Part shown: piece after piece, positions 27,780 to 41,711 of the stretch
Numbering within the stretch: the first letter of the stretch is position 1
Layout: every line of letters begins with the position of its first letter
Origin: Octopus vulgaris
Lineage: Eukaryota
Length of the DNA: 64,000 bases
Direction: 5' to 3'
Assembly (NCBI GenBank): GCA_951406725.2
Contig: OX597816.1
Location: forward strand, 135,036,001 to 135,100,000
Position numbers and translations under genes: made by a program
Notes under the pieces: model-generated
What the model was told of the DNA's origin: nothing
The model's input: the letters and a program-made list of their open reading frames with translations, nothing else
Database searches by the model: none

Positions 27780-28290
27780 AGAGGACATCGATAACTTTTC
27801 ATCACTGTTCTCGACACTGGACAGTCTTTTCTGCTTCTCTCCAGTTAATCCATGTCTTTTCTCAGTTCTGCCTCCTTATCTCGCCTCCAACTAAGGGTTT
27901 CCCCTCTTCCACATTCCGTTGTGGATTCCAGATCAAGGCCTAACGTGTAATATACGATAATGGTATGTCTAAAGTGTAATCTCCTTACAGATTTTTCTAC
28001 ACCACGTCATATATTTACCTGAGGGAAGGTCTTGTTATCTCAGGTTTTAGTTGGTTTTGAATGGTCATTGATGCTTCTTTAACTTTGCTTTCTATTTTTT
28101 TCTTCTTGGAAGAGTGTCCTATGCAAACCCATTTTTATCTCTGGGAAGATGTCCATATTACTCTAGCCTCTATCCTTTGACCTATCCAGCATGGAAGGCT
28201 CTACCAGGAGCTTATGCTCCGTTGGTATAGCACTCAGAGTTATTGAAACACATAAGCCACCTAACCGCAATAAGGACTGGACCTTGTCGT
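27780..28290 (-). mobile_element. Internally deleted RTE LINE (5' end joined to 3' coding end)
   Basis: Minus strand encodes 'ITR*ALIWNPQ..WRRDKEAE' (RTE C-terminus). Upstream lies an RTE-like 5' segment 'gctataccaacggagcataagctcctggtag...taggtcaaagg'. Confidence 0.55.
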
Positions 28291-28716
28291 GGAGAGAGTT
28301 TTATACCGTCTGCATTATAATCCAAAGTAGGTTTTTTTTATTACAATTTTTTTTAGAAAGAGTTACATAACCATCATTTTACGCTTATTTTTGATAATTA
28401 TCAGACGCCTACAAATGGCACGTGAGAGATCATCGTTCTCGATTCACTACAAGCCAAACTAAACTCATGACATTCAGTTACTTTTGGCGGCAAGCAATTG
28501 TAAACTTCTCATAAGTTATCATTAATACACTATAAAACTTATGATTATGATAACCATATGTGAACTATAACTTGAGATTGTAGTGAAGCTGGTTCTCAAA
28601 CTCCACAGTCCAACCTGAACTTTTAGTGATAAGATGCAGGGAAACGTGAGGGGTGGGGGTTCAGGAAAAACATAGTTCTCCAGCATTAAACACACACACA
28701 CACACTTATTGCTTGC

Positions 28717-28799
<83 letters not shown>

Positions 28800-29601
28800 C
28801 GCAACTGCTCTACTGCCTGTTAAATAGTGAGTGTGCTGTGTTGTGCTTGTACAGGGATAAGAGCAAGGCAATTTCACTTATCACTTACCAATCTCATTTC
28901 CCTGTCCCAAAAGGTGTCGATGTAAGAAATCAATTAAAAACCGTAATTAAAATTTCGATCTTATCCTTGTCGTCATCGTCGTCTTCAGCGGAGGCGGCGG
29001 CGGCGGTGATGGTAGTGGTAGTGGTACTGTTGCTGTTGATGCACGTTGGTGTTGTTGCTGTTATCTAGCCAGAACTCATTTCTGATAGAGTAAACCTATG
29101 ACAGGCAGTTAGTCGAACGAACGAATAGTTGCGACCCAAAGATCCATTGCCTCAGACGTAACACGGCTCTGCACACACCTGTGATGAACGGGTTCTGTGA
29201 TGAAGCGTATGAGATGAAAACCCTAGTTCTATTTGTTCACTTCCTTTTCTAGGTGATGTTATTAAGCAGTGACAACGCGATAGCTTGGAATTGGAATACA
29301 GCTGAAATTCTACACTTTTGCTCCCCCCATCCCTTTTTTTTTCGTTTCCAATTAATAAACTAAAAAGGAACGCTTCTATAATGCGCGTCCGTTGGAAGCG
29401 TTCTGCAGCCTATCATCGCCTATTAGATTTTCACCATATACCATCATTGCCTATACGCATCCCTAAAGTAGACATGGGAAATCTGTTTTGAGAAACGGGC
29501 CGCATGAAACGTAACCGATTATCAGGCGGGTTGCACTACTAAAAAAAATTATGAAAAGTAAAATATTTTGCTTAGAGATACAACGAACGATTGCCCAGCC
29601 A

Positions 29602-30087
29602 GCGAAATTATTTTCCCACGAGAGTTCCGGACCCCAGTAATGCACTCATTTGCATACAGCCAACAAGAGCTCACTTTGACCTTGTCACGTTAACAAACGC
29701 ACTCTATGAAGTAAACTCAAGACGAAGAACTGTGTTGTAAGTCGACCGATCGCCAAGTTATGCCTGATTTTAGGAGACAAGTAATTAAATAGATTTGCAT
29801 CTATACCTATTATCGGATTTTGTTAGGGTCCATATGATAAAGATGTAGATGAGAAAAATGTGGATAGAAGGTGATGTGCTAGCAACTCTCTGTCCTTACT
29901 GTTTTACAAAGGAAACAACAACACAAATAACTACGCATGCTTGAAATGATAACAAGAACAACAAACATTATTAAAAGAGAAAAGAAGCACAGTAATTCCT
30001 TAACCCGAGTGACCTTATCTTATCGCCCATCTCTGATTGGCTGCGTGCAAATGAGTTCATAACTGGGGTCCGGAAAAAAATTTCGCG
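29602..30087. repeat. Inverted repeat pair (~40-60 bp arms), probable non-autonomous DNA transposon
   Basis: 29625-29664 'ttccggaccccagtaatgcactcatttgcatacagccaac' versus the reverse complement of 30036-30075 'ttccggaccccagttatgaactcatttgcacgcagccaat'. Confidence 0.75.
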
Positions 30088-30345
30088 TCCCGCCACTTTA
30101 GCTACTCGGTCATTTTGCCCTAGTTGCAATGTTTTCCGTCACAGTTGTAATTGCTTTCCTACAGAAATATGAAGGTAGATTTATAAAGGTATGAACTAAA
30201 TGTTATAGCATTGTCCAATAAACATTAGATACGTAAATTATAGCAAGTGCAACTAATGATCAAGAAAAGAAACCAGGATATAAATGAAATCCTTCATTGT
30301 CATTTATGATACTCTGCCACAGTTTATGCATTTATTGCTTTAAAC

Positions 30346-30799
30346 TAGGGATCACCAAACTTTCTCGACCATCTACCCCCTTTAGCCACTTCTCCTTCCG
30401 CACGACCGCCCTCCTTATATAAAATATCTTAGTACCCTGCCCTATCGTACCATTTCTTAAATACGTACTGGGTACTGATGCTGGCAATTAAAATGTTAGC
30501 TAAAATATACATGTACGACAAATTAAGAAATTTTATTGAAGATGATATATTTCAACATTTAAAACTACGTGTCCAAGTATACAGTATTAAACTTTCAATT
30601 TTTATGAAATTGTTTGCACGGTTAGAAAATTTGAAAAACCCCTCATGTTTTCCCACGTTTCATGGTATTTCAAGCAGTTCATCTGGGTGAGTTGGCCTTT
30701 CCTACGCCGAGCCCCATTCGAACCCTTGGCTATCACCGACCCCCTGTAATTCCTCGACGACTCCTAGGAGGTCCCTCGGACCCCCTTTGGCGATCCCTA
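30346..30799. mobile_element. hAT-type MITE
   Basis: TIRs TAGGGATCACCAAA / TTTGGCGATCCCTA. The 8-bp TSD ctttaaac / ctttaagc matches at 7 of 8 positions. Confidence 0.85.
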
Positions 30800-30823
30800 C
30801 TTTAAGCATTTAACGAAACCAAA

Positions 30824-30971
30824 CAGGGGCGGACGGTGGGGGCAGTGCCCCTCACCCCTCAAAAAAAGGAGTGCACCCTTCTAAATAATGTTATTATGCC
30901 CTTTTCTCCTGGAATTGTTTTCCCTTCTGACATTCTGCCCTTCCTTCGAAAAATTCCAGGGACTGCGCCTG
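30824..30971. mobile_element. Small CAGG-ended MITE (degenerate)
   Basis: Ends caggggcgga ... actgcgcctg. Confidence 0.5.
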
Positions 30972-31251
30972 CCGAAGACGAAGTAAAACAATTGACTAAT
31001 AAACTATGGAACGCAATGGAAGACATAATCTATTGTATACGCACAACATTTGTAAGATGACTGGGAAACTATGGAACGCAATCGAAAGCATACTCTGTTA
31101 TAGATAAATCAGTTATATTCTTAAGACAACAGATGGATAAATATTTTAAGTATGATAATGTGTGTGTGTGTGTCTGACTGTCTGTGTATCTGTGTGTGCG
31201 CGCGTGCATGTGTTTAGAATCCACAGCTCAGTAGGAAACTATTGTACTGGG

Positions 31252-31400
31252 CAGGGGCGAACTGATAACATTAAGGGCTCTCGGGCATAACTGTTTGCCG
31301 AGCCCCTTAACATTGATAAGTTAACATGTAGAGTGCTGGCCCCTCAGAGCTCCGGGCCCTCGGGCAGTGCCCGATTGACCGACGGCTCAGTCCGCCCCTG
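31252..31400. mobile_element. Small hAT-like MITE
   Basis: TIRs CAGGGGCGAACTGA / TCAGTCCGCCCCTG, with internal hairpins (ggctctcgggca...tgccgagccc). Confidence 0.8.
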
Positions 31401-32799
31401 GAACAGAGACTGTTCAGCTATATGCACTTCTCTCTGATACGAAAATAAAGAAGTAATGCAGTGCATTAGAATTTGTTGAAACTTTACCAACGGAGTCGTA
31501 TCGTGACAGAATAATATTCGTTTCAAATTTTGACACAAGGTCAGAAATTTCGGAAAGAGGCTAAGTCGATTAGATTGACCAGTGTTCAAGTGGTACTTAT
31601 TTTATCGACTCCGAAAGGATGACACGCAAAATCGAGTTTTAAACAACAAGTCTCGCTTAAGTCGAACAAGAAATCAACTCACCATATTACATTTTCCGTA
31701 CTACTTATGTTATTTTCTTTTTCTGTCTACATTATCGTCATTATCTGCTCTCACGACTTGTGACACCTGAAAGAAACTTTTAATTCGTGAACATATCTAT
31801 AACACTATTTATACAGCAATGAATTACACATTTGACTTTACAAACACTAACTCTAGGTATAAGTATTTTCTACATCTTTATGCAAGCTTTTCATTTATTA
31901 ATATTATTATTTCAATTATATCATTTTCCCCTGTATGCTAGTTGTATAACTCAAACTTGCACTTCACCAACATTTGGAAGCAGTTTCAGTTTAACTACTT
32001 TTAATTATAGCACTACTTGGCTACAAGAGATTTGCACATCTGGTGGTACGTAGAAAATAACAGGGAGCCATCTTAATTTATAGTTATCTCTGCACAATCA
32101 TATTTTCTACAAACCCATTTCATTCTACTGAAGCTAACCTTTATATGAACACCACTACTTCCCACTTACTCTTCTCAAAGGTAAAAATATCATATGACTC
32201 AAAGAAACCTATAATTAAGAAGCCAACTAGTTCACATAATCTTCCTCAAATCGCATTCTACCGTCCCGAGAAAGGGCATACGCATTAGATATTTTAGCCC
32301 TAAATACACTATGTTTATAAAAAGAAATAGTTTTTTTTTAATAAATAAAAAATGAAATGGTCATGGGTGAGGCACTTTTGTGATATGTCTGTTCGATTAG
32401 GACTGACCTGGGGCTAAATAGCAACATATATTTACGTATCATTAGTTCATATACTGTAGAGGTGATTAGCTGACACTTAAAATATTCCATCTCACAAGGT
32501 AGTCTTGAACAAACAGATGAACATCATATTTAATTCCATTCGTTTATGACTATGTGGTCTGTGCCTAAGAATTCGACATTAATGGAAGCTGGTGGCTCTT
32601 AACCTGGCAGCAGCGCTCCCTTCTAGCGTTATGACCTTACAAGTGGGCGGTATCTGTCAAAAGACTGGATATTTAGCGAAGTCATGATTTTTCTGAGAAA
32701 TAAAATATTTAAATCAGCTACATTTTTTTATACTTTAATCATAATTTCAAAATAATCTTTGTCGAGATTAGAATATGAGTTACTAGGTTTGTCCTTCAT

Positions 32800-33090
32800 G
32801 CATCTATGGATGACCAGCTTATCAGCTTTACATTTTGAAGGTCCTGAGGTGGCTTATTTGACCAATTTTGGCATGAAATCTGCGGTTACACCGAGGGCAC
32901 GTAATAGCAGAATCAGAATCCAGCGGTATTCTTGTTTTCCGTGCTGCCCTCCTCTCGTTAGTTTCTCTAGTCATATCAGATTCAGAATGCTTGTACTCCA
33001 GAATACACAGCACTACCACACAATGAGCATTCCTGAGCACAATGCTACCAAGCAGACTACTTTAAGCAGCGCTTTTTCAAGGTTGCCTTG
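32800..33090 (-). mobile_element. RTE LINE 3' end
   Basis: ERRAARKTR..ITCPRCNRRFHAKIGQISHLRT, the C-terminal zinc-finger-like motif typical of RTE ORFs. Confidence 0.75.
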
Positions 33091-33362
33091 AACGTACCTG
33101 AGGGCAAAAGCATAACTGAAGTTGATGCTCAAATGTCCAATATAATTTCATAATATAAGTCTTTGTCTTATATAATTATTTCCATCGAGCACTAACCCAC
33201 ACAAATATTTAAAGAGGGACTCTAGAAAAAGAAAAAAAAAATAGATAATAAACCACTGTGCAAAATTTGTTTGATTGAAATAATCTGCTGTTGTTTAATT
33301 TACTTTTTATTTTTCAAAGATGAGAGGGAGTGAGCAGACCTATGATCAAAGATTTTCTATTC

Positions 33363-33571
33363 GTCCATTTTTTTAGACGTAGCGTGTCTAGTCCAATGTT
33401 TTTATTTCTAAGACAGCAGTGTAGGATATGAGAATCAATTGGTTGCTTTCTTTTAGCAGGTCGAACAACTGAATAGAAGTCCATTTTTTTAGACGTAGCG
33501 TGTCTAGTCCAATGTTTTTATTTCTAAGCAATTGGTTGCTTTCTTTTAGCAGGTCGAACAACTGAATAGAA
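33363..33571. repeat. Local tandem duplication (~116 bp, second copy with internal deletion)
   Basis: 'gtccatttttttagacgtagcgtgtctagtccaatg...gtcgaacaactgaatagaa' occurs twice. Confidence 0.9.
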
Positions 33572-34401
33572 TGCTGGTTCGACGCGAAAGACAACGCGTT
33601 GATCTCAGAGAAACCTAAATGTTTTATTGTATTCAATGCCGCCCTTCACATTCGTATATTACAGATGGATTTTACAGGCTACACCACCTACCTACAGAAA
33701 TTGTCTTTGTGCTTAGTCAAAAAGAAATAAATGTTTATATTATCTCGTGTTTTCCCTACTTTGTCCTTGTAATATTCCCTCATTATTCGCCCTTGTAGCA
33801 AATAGAGAAACGATACTTATATAAGCAAGCATTATTTTAACATATAAATATCATCTTTTCACTGTTGGTATTTATATCTTTAATGCTTCAGTTAAGTTGC
33901 CTTGCGATAGAATTTTTTTTATGTCACCTATATTTCGGGACACAAAGGTCATTGTGTATATGGTTTAGATATCAAAGATGTGTTTTGAAGGTATGAAAAT
34001 ATAATTATCATCTGTTAAAACATCTCACTGAACCAAGAGGCAAGTAGATTTAATAAACTGACAGAAAAGAACTAAGCTGCTAATCCAAATACGACAGAAG
34101 ATTACTGGTAACGTTGACAAGCTACAGATAGAAGTGATTGCAATTGGTAAATTTAGATTCGAGCATATGAGTACAGCTCTTTTAATAGACACTCATAATA
34201 TCAGGTTAAAGATATCTAATATTATAACATAAAACATTCCAGTAGCTTCTCGAATTTTTACGCTAATCGGAAGGTAATTTTAAGAATGTGGGTAACTAAA
34301 TAAACAGCCAGTTACTATACAGAAAAGCTCAGAATGATGTGTATGAGATGAAGGTGAGAAGTAATGCGTGCGTGCGTTCGTGCGCGCGCGCGCGCGTGTG
34401 C

Positions 34402-34446
<45 letters not shown>

Positions 34447-34688
34447 TATGTGTGCTTATGTGTTTATGCGTGCGCGCCTATGTGTGTGCGAATGTGTGAA
34501 CTGAATGAATTAATATCACATGTCTTCAATGCACACAATCGACTTTATATGTCTGCGTGTTTGAATTTTATGTATGTATTTATAAGACATACATATGTGT
34601 GAGTGTATTTATAAACGCATACTTATATATATATATATGTGTATGTGTGTGTGAGTGTGCGTGCATGTATGTATATATATATATATAT

Positions 34689-34769
<81 letters not shown>

Positions 34770-34919
34770 TGTATGTATGTATGTATGTATGTATGTATAC
34801 AGTACTCGTGGAAATTCTACGGCTATTTTGAAAACTGACTGTAAGATGGTTGGAAGTTTATAGAGAGCCATAAAATATATGTATCTTTTAAAATGTTGTG
34901 GGTGGGGGTGTTAACATAA

Positions 34920-36170
34920 ATATGTTTCAGACAAATTGGCCCGGGCCATTTCTAACTTAATAACGCCACCTGATAGAATCTGTTGGCTCATCTTTAGTCA
35001 AGTTTTGTGACATCATAGCTCATTCAAGCAAAGAGTTGCTGTTGAGTGAGATCTATCCAGGTATATATTGTCGCCATGATAGATCGGTAGCCACTACACA
35101 CATTTTTTCTCTCCTTTTTTTTCTCCTTTTTTTCTCTCTTTGTTTTTTTTTCTCTGTGTCCCTTCCTGTATAAGAGCGTAGGCTCGAAAGGTAAAAGACT
35201 TTTTTAATTCCTGAGCGTTATACTAATACATCTGTTTGTTTTGTACACCACGTGTCTTCGTCTTTTGTTTGTTTTTTTTCGTGAACTCTCTCTATATATA
35301 GTTTGCCTGGCATTCGTTGAAGAAATTTCTCCCGATACGTTTGTAAGTGAAGGGAATTTTTCTTCTTTAATTTATTTCAGAATAATGTTAGAACAGGGCT
35401 TGTTGAGGAAAAGTAATTGGGTTGCATTGTGCTTATATGAGTCTGAATTGTGTAGGTGGCTTATGGCACGGGGTCCTAGTCTTAGATGAATTCTGAATTT
35501 AATGTTAAGGTCGCACGGGCAATGTAGATTGCATATTCTCCGAATTGTGCAAATGATGAGGTGCTCACCGTAGTGTTGGAGAGGATAAAGTTTCAATGTT
35601 TTAAGGTGATCCCAGTAATCAAAATCATACATGACTTTTATTTTATGTTTTTCCTTTTGTTTAAATTTTGTAATTGCTCTCTGGGGTGACTCAATTCTCG
35701 TAATGTTTTATTTGATGTGGGCGACCGCAGGAAGAAGTAGTGTTCTAGATGTGTCCCTGCAAAGGAGAAGAAAAGGAGAATGATGACGACTGACTCTTGG
35801 GATCGGAAAGTTCTGAGCATCCGGGAGCTCGTTTTTTCGAACCATATCGACTTTATTGCAGATGTGACCGCTGCAGTTGAGATTGTTGTCAACAATTACT
35901 CCGAAGTCTTCGATATCATTGAATGACGTGAGTTGATCTCTCGAGAAAAGAAAATATAGTTGTTTGTGCGCATTCTCTTTTCTCAAGTGCATGAGTTCAA
36001 ATTTTCCCTCATTTAACAGTATTTTGTTTTTGTCTCCTATTGACTTATAGTATGGGTATTAGACTGGAATTTTGTTCGGGCTTCTCCATTCATAAGTTGT
36101 TTTTGTTTTTTTTTTAAGCTTGGAGTCATCTGCGAACATTTTTTTTTATTTTACTGTGCATGATAGCATT
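34920..36170 (-). mobile_element. Decayed CR1-like LINE RT C-terminus and 3' UTR, interrupted by a pLTR-like insert
   Basis: FADDSKL, DFGVIVDNNL, RMLRTFRS and YWDHLKTLKLYPLQ appear across frameshifts. Confidence 0.8.
35075..35300 (+). mobile_element. Penelope pLTR-like element with degenerate hammerhead (35162-35197)
   Basis: Homolog of 19143-19340: ctgtataagagcgtaggctcgaaaggtaaaag. Confidence 0.7.
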
Positions 36171-36211
36171 TGAGACGCGATCAAGTATAGAGAAAAAATG
36201 TAATTATAGAC

Positions 36212-36353
36212 TCAGGTATGGCTATAGGTTTTAAATTTTCGCTTCGTAACTATATGATTCTGGGTTCTATCCCATTGCACTGTATCTTGGGCAAGTGTTG
36301 ATTAATAACATAAGTGAAATTTGGCAGAGTGAAACAATATGGAAATTCATATA

Positions 36354-36391
<38 letters not shown>

Positions 36392-36620
36392 TGTGTGTGT
36401 GTGTGTGTATGTGTGTGTGTATATATATATATGCATCTGTATCTGTGCGCGCGCGTGTTTACGTTTATGCCACTTAAAACCATTGACATTGTTGATGTAT
36501 CGTTACACAGTGGTTCGACAAATATGCCTTGATAAAATAAGTACAAAGCTTCAATAATTCTTACGGCCGATATACACGGTTAAACCCTTGAAGGTGATGC
36601 CCCAGTGATCCCACAACCAG
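36212..36620 (+). mobile_element. Old SINE family A copy
   Basis: Diverged head, internal (GT)n and 3' body. Confidence 0.6.
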
Positions 36621-37004
36621 TAAAAAATCTAAATGAATAAATTTTAAATATTTATCAATCTTGCAAATAATATAAATGTCGTGCTTCTAATAGATTATGT
36701 CTTCGATTTCGTTCCATAGATTGAAGCACGACACAAAAGGTAGGTAGATAGGTATTAATATGTTTTTAAAAAAATATTCTGAATAATGAATCACTGAATA
36801 GAAAACAAAAGATCTCTGGAGAAAATAATTGATTAATTATTGAACAATTAGGCTTTTGCTGAATTTATATAACCAAGAAAGTACGTGGCAAGTGAGAACT
36901 TTTATTCAATAAAATAATTAGAACTAAAGGGATCATTTATCGTTTTAGTAATACGGTTTAAATTTTATTAAAATATTTATGAAACTCAGTAAGTGTGTGT
37001 GTGT

Positions 37005-37082
<78 letters not shown>

Positions 37083-37449
37083 GCCAGACAGACAGACAGA
37101 CAGACAGGCAAACAGACATACAAAGGGGTTGCATTTAGTAACCTATAAACACGTATGCAATGTCCTCCATTTCGGAACTACCACGTAGGCAATACTTTCA
37201 TTTTTGATTATTTGATAATATACCCTCCTAGATAGCCCTTTGAATTCAGATGAATTCTGTTTCCCGCCTCATCATACAAGAAATACCAAAAATAAAACTT
37301 TTATTCAGACAGAGGCCATTACTAATTTAGGTGAGAATGTTCAAGAAATAGCTAATTCAGTGGATTGTAATCATTCCTTCAAGACAATTTACCCGGAAAA
37401 TGAAAACAAAAACACAGACAAGACCATGCATGTGCATACCAGTCAACCA

Positions 37450-37670
37450 TAATGTCTACTATAGGTATAAGACCTATACGTGGTGAGTGGGGAAGTGGGG
37501 AAGTCGATTACATCGATACTGGTGCTCAACTGGTACTTAATTTATCGATCCCGAAAAGATGAAAGGCAAAGTTGACCTCAGCGGCATTTTAACTCAACAT
37601 AAAGACATGTGAAATGCCGCTAAGCATTTTGTCCGATGTGGTAAAGATTTTTACCAGGTTGCTGCCCTAA
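37450..37670 (-). mobile_element. SINE family B
   Basis: Family core 'tcgatcccgaaaagatgaaaggcaaagttgacctc'. Confidence 0.8.
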
Positions 37671-38889
37671 TAATAATAATAAAAATGATAATAATCCTTT
37701 CTATTAAAGGCACAAGGCCTGAAATTTTGTGAGAACTAATCCTCGTTACTTAGCGGTTGGCAAAAATGACCAACAGAATAACTACAAAACTCTAAAATGG
37801 TACTGGTGTCGATTTGTTCGACTAAACCTTACAATGAAGCGACCCCTGTACGGCCGCAGTCCAATGACAAACAAATTAAAGCTAAAAGATATTTAATACA
37901 TAATTAAGTCTTATATATAGTATAAAAGCCCTACTACATATTAGTGACTGAGAAATAGGGAATGAAATGAGTATGAGCCTTCCAAGAGCATTGATATATA
38001 TAATAATGTTTTTGATGAAACCCCACTTATATGTATCATGTTATTTCTATGTGACCTTTACTGATTAGATTCATTCACTTACTGGCATTCCTCATTAATC
38101 AAGCTGAATGCGTGGATTAAAATTGAGGACTCGGCTTGCCAAGAACTTATCTTTTGGTTCTACAAAGAGATGGAAGACAGTTGACGGTAGTGTTTGTTAC
38201 TTGAACTCAAACCGAGAGATACGAAAGAATCAGTGACGCATTTTCTCCAGTATACTTCCCTTGAATGGATATTGGATGTAGTAATATCTACAATATATAG
38301 ATAACAATAATATTGGATATATCAATACTATATATATAAATGTTAAATACAATGGTATTAGATATATATAAATATTCCACAGCAGTTATTACGCTTTAGA
38401 GGTGTAGTAACTGCTGTGTAGCTACTATCAGACTTAGCAGATCACAGCTCACTATCTCTCCTATACAAAGGCATTTGATAGCAGCACTTCCATATAGTAC
38501 CCCTACTACAACAAAGCGTACTGTTTTTCTGTGTTTTCTTTTGTTTTTGTTGTTTTTTGTTGTTTTTGGGGGGTGGGGGTACGATACGGAATGGAGCCTT
38601 TATACAACTGGGCAGCGTGCCACGTCACTTTCTGGCAGCTCCTACAACTGAGTTGATGCCAAACGGGTTGCCTTGTATTCCTTTAGATTACATCCAATCC
38701 GAGATGAGGATCTTGACAACTTGGGAGACTTGTATCTTCATAATTATCGGCCTGGTCTGCTCCCCAGAAAGTATACTCTCGTGCTGCGGCGAAACAACGA
38801 TATCAACACGAGTGGTAGCAGTTATGAATGAGTAAATCTAATGAGGTCGGTGTAAGGTTAAGTTTACTTCAAACGGTAGAAAATATCAT

Positions 38890-40090
38890 CCATTTCACTG
38901 TCAGCCATCGTCCGCCTCAATCTGAGAAGCCTTCGGACAATACGTTGCTCGTATCATTAATTGCTGCTTCACTAGATGTTTGTGTTTAAAATTTATCTAA
39001 AATCAGACAATTATCACTGTATCAGACAAAAAAGAGAAGAAAGGATAAGCCACTACTCCTGCGATTGGCCACTTGTAATATCAGAACAATATTCCTTGGT
39101 CATTCGTGTGATCAAAAGCAAATCAACAAGAACAGAAATCTCCAGTTATCAACTCCAGGTTAAGGAAGCTGGACATTGTTACAGCAGCACAACTGAAGCC
39201 CAGGTTTTCCGCAAACTATGTGTTACGAGAAAAGTATACCTCTCCGGAGGAACCTCGTCTATATAGCTTATTGTTTGAAACAACATACAGCCCCTCACAT
39301 TTCTTCATACTGATGGATCAGAACATCCTTTCCCTCAGCTTTTCTACGTCTTCGGACAAAGTAAATATCCTCAGTGTCTACGTTCCAACGTTATGCTCAC
39401 TTTAAGTAACAAAAGACCAAGTTCATGAGGATTATGACATTGTCTTTGATTAAACATCAGAAACTGAACACAACAACTGCTGTGTTACGTCAATAATAAA
39501 GTCGGATCAGATAATTGAGCATGGTAGGTTTACCACGATAATTTCAGCGTTGACAAGATAAACGAAACCGACCTTAAGCTACTGGAGCTCTGCTCCTATC
39601 ACAAACTGAATATTACCAGCACATTCATTAAGATAAATCCACGCCATAGAGTCGCTTAGATGCGTCCAAGATTCGGACATTGGCATCAGCTGGACATGAT
39701 TATCACTAGAAAGCTTACATTCAACAGTTTACTTTTCACATGCATCTTCCACAATGCCGGCTGTGACACGGATCATTCCACGATATTCTGAGAAGTTTAA
39801 CTAAAATCAAAGAAGAGTCAGCGTATCGAACAGAAAGGATGCCCATGTATTTATACAAGTAGCAAACCCAGAGCTTCGCAGAGATCTCAATAACCAAATG
39901 GAACGAATCTTGAAAGAGAACCGGCTACTTCTATGGGGAATAGGATGGATGTTCATCTGCGGATACCATTTACGACATGATCATGTTGTAAATAGTACCG
40001 TAGGTGAACATCCAACCCACCTGGTAGGAAGGAGTAAACAAACTGAGACTGTTTGAATCAAACCGGTCATCATTGCGAAATCAGAAGTTC
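38890..40090 (+). mobile_element. Decayed RTE LINE AP-endonuclease region
   Basis: SVYVPTL, KINE..KLLELCSYHKLNITSTF, RPRFGHWHQLDMIITR and CDTDHS motifs. Confidence 0.8.
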
Positions 40091-40327
40091 TAATCAACTA
40101 TAATGTGTATGTGTGGTGTGCATAGGGAGAACTTTTCCATTGATGTCAATGAACTATGTAAAATGTCGGGTCAATCGCCTTTATACAGTAAAGTTCAGGA
40201 TTTTAAATTTTATTCTCTTCCATTCTGACGAAAGAATGCCATGTAATACTCCATTACGCTTCTCCTAAGACATACGAACTTATCCAAACCCAAGAATTTC
40301 CTTTCCTATGATAATGGCTACATATAC

Positions 40328-40408
<81 letters not shown>

Positions 40409-41209
40409 GAATAAGTTTATATTAAGCAAAAATTTTGAAGATTATGCGAAGAGACTTCTATGTTGTGACGTGTGTTCTCACAGACATTGGCGCAGTAAAA
40501 AGAATTCACACAATCAGGTAGCTGAAACTGTGCTGCTAATTTCTCTCCGTAAACAGCTTACAGCTGCTGCACAGCACACCTGTCACTAGCTCTTGCATAT
40601 TAATAAATATACCTATACAAATATGTTAGAAAGTAGTGTGTGCCTATGTGTATATATGACTCAGGTTAATTGGGACATATCGTAACAAGACAGCTGGCGC
40701 AATTAAGCGGTTGCTCCACTTACACAAAATGTTGTGTAATGAGCTAAGGGGATGTACATCAGAAGACAAACTGATGTTAACTGATCGACAATAATATTCA
40801 TGTCAATTATAAGTATCACCCTTCTCAACTCCTTCTCTGCCTGTGTTGGTTAGAAGTCAGTTTTGCCAGCAGTAAAAATAATGGACTAGAATGTCCAACA
40901 AAGACCAATCTATGCGCGTATTTGCGTAGTGAAAAAGTTCGCTTCACAACTACGAGATAAGACCTAACGCGGGGCATCTTGGACAAACATAATTTTTCTA
41001 TATACTTATGCCTTCCGATTGTACCTATAATTCAAAAGTTACAGCTTTGTCACACTCCATGTCAAGTTGATTCTCGTAATTCTAAGAATTACGTGAAGAT
41101 TTACCGTGTCTGTGTGAACCTTAGCTATTTACACGATAATTCAACAGCAGTTCTTTCGAACAATTAAACTCTCATCGTCGAACTTCGGAAGACCACAATA
41201 CATCATATA

Positions 41210-41442
41210 TTTCTTTTACTCTTTTATTCTTTTACTTGTTTCAGGCATTAGACTGCGGTCATGTTGGAGCACCGAGTTAAAGAGTTTTTAGTCGAAGAAA
41301 GCGACTCCAGGACTTAATCTTTTTAAGCCTAGTACTTATTCTATCGGATCTTTTGTCGAACTGCTAAGTTATGGGGACCTAAACACACCAACACCGGTTG
41401 TCAAGCAGTGATGGGGGGAGGACAAACACAGATACAAAGACG

Positions 41443-41491
<49 letters not shown>

Positions 41492-41711
41492 TTATATAAA
41501 GTTAATCCAAACATGAAAACACAAAGAGAAAACACAACAACGTGAGGACGTGGAATAAGTATAGTGTTATTGGACGCTCAGGAAAGGAAAGAAAGAAGGA
41601 GGATTTAACGTTTCGAGCGGAGCTCTTCGTCAGAAACATAGAAAAAGGAAAGATCCAAGGAAGGGAAGACGGAGGAAAAAAATCGCCAACGATACACACG
41701 CGGTCGGTCAC

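Noticed and set aside
32828-33040. C2H2-like zinc finger suggesting a cephalopod ZNF gene
   Set aside because: It is a single motif in RTE C-terminal context, with no TGEKP linkers.
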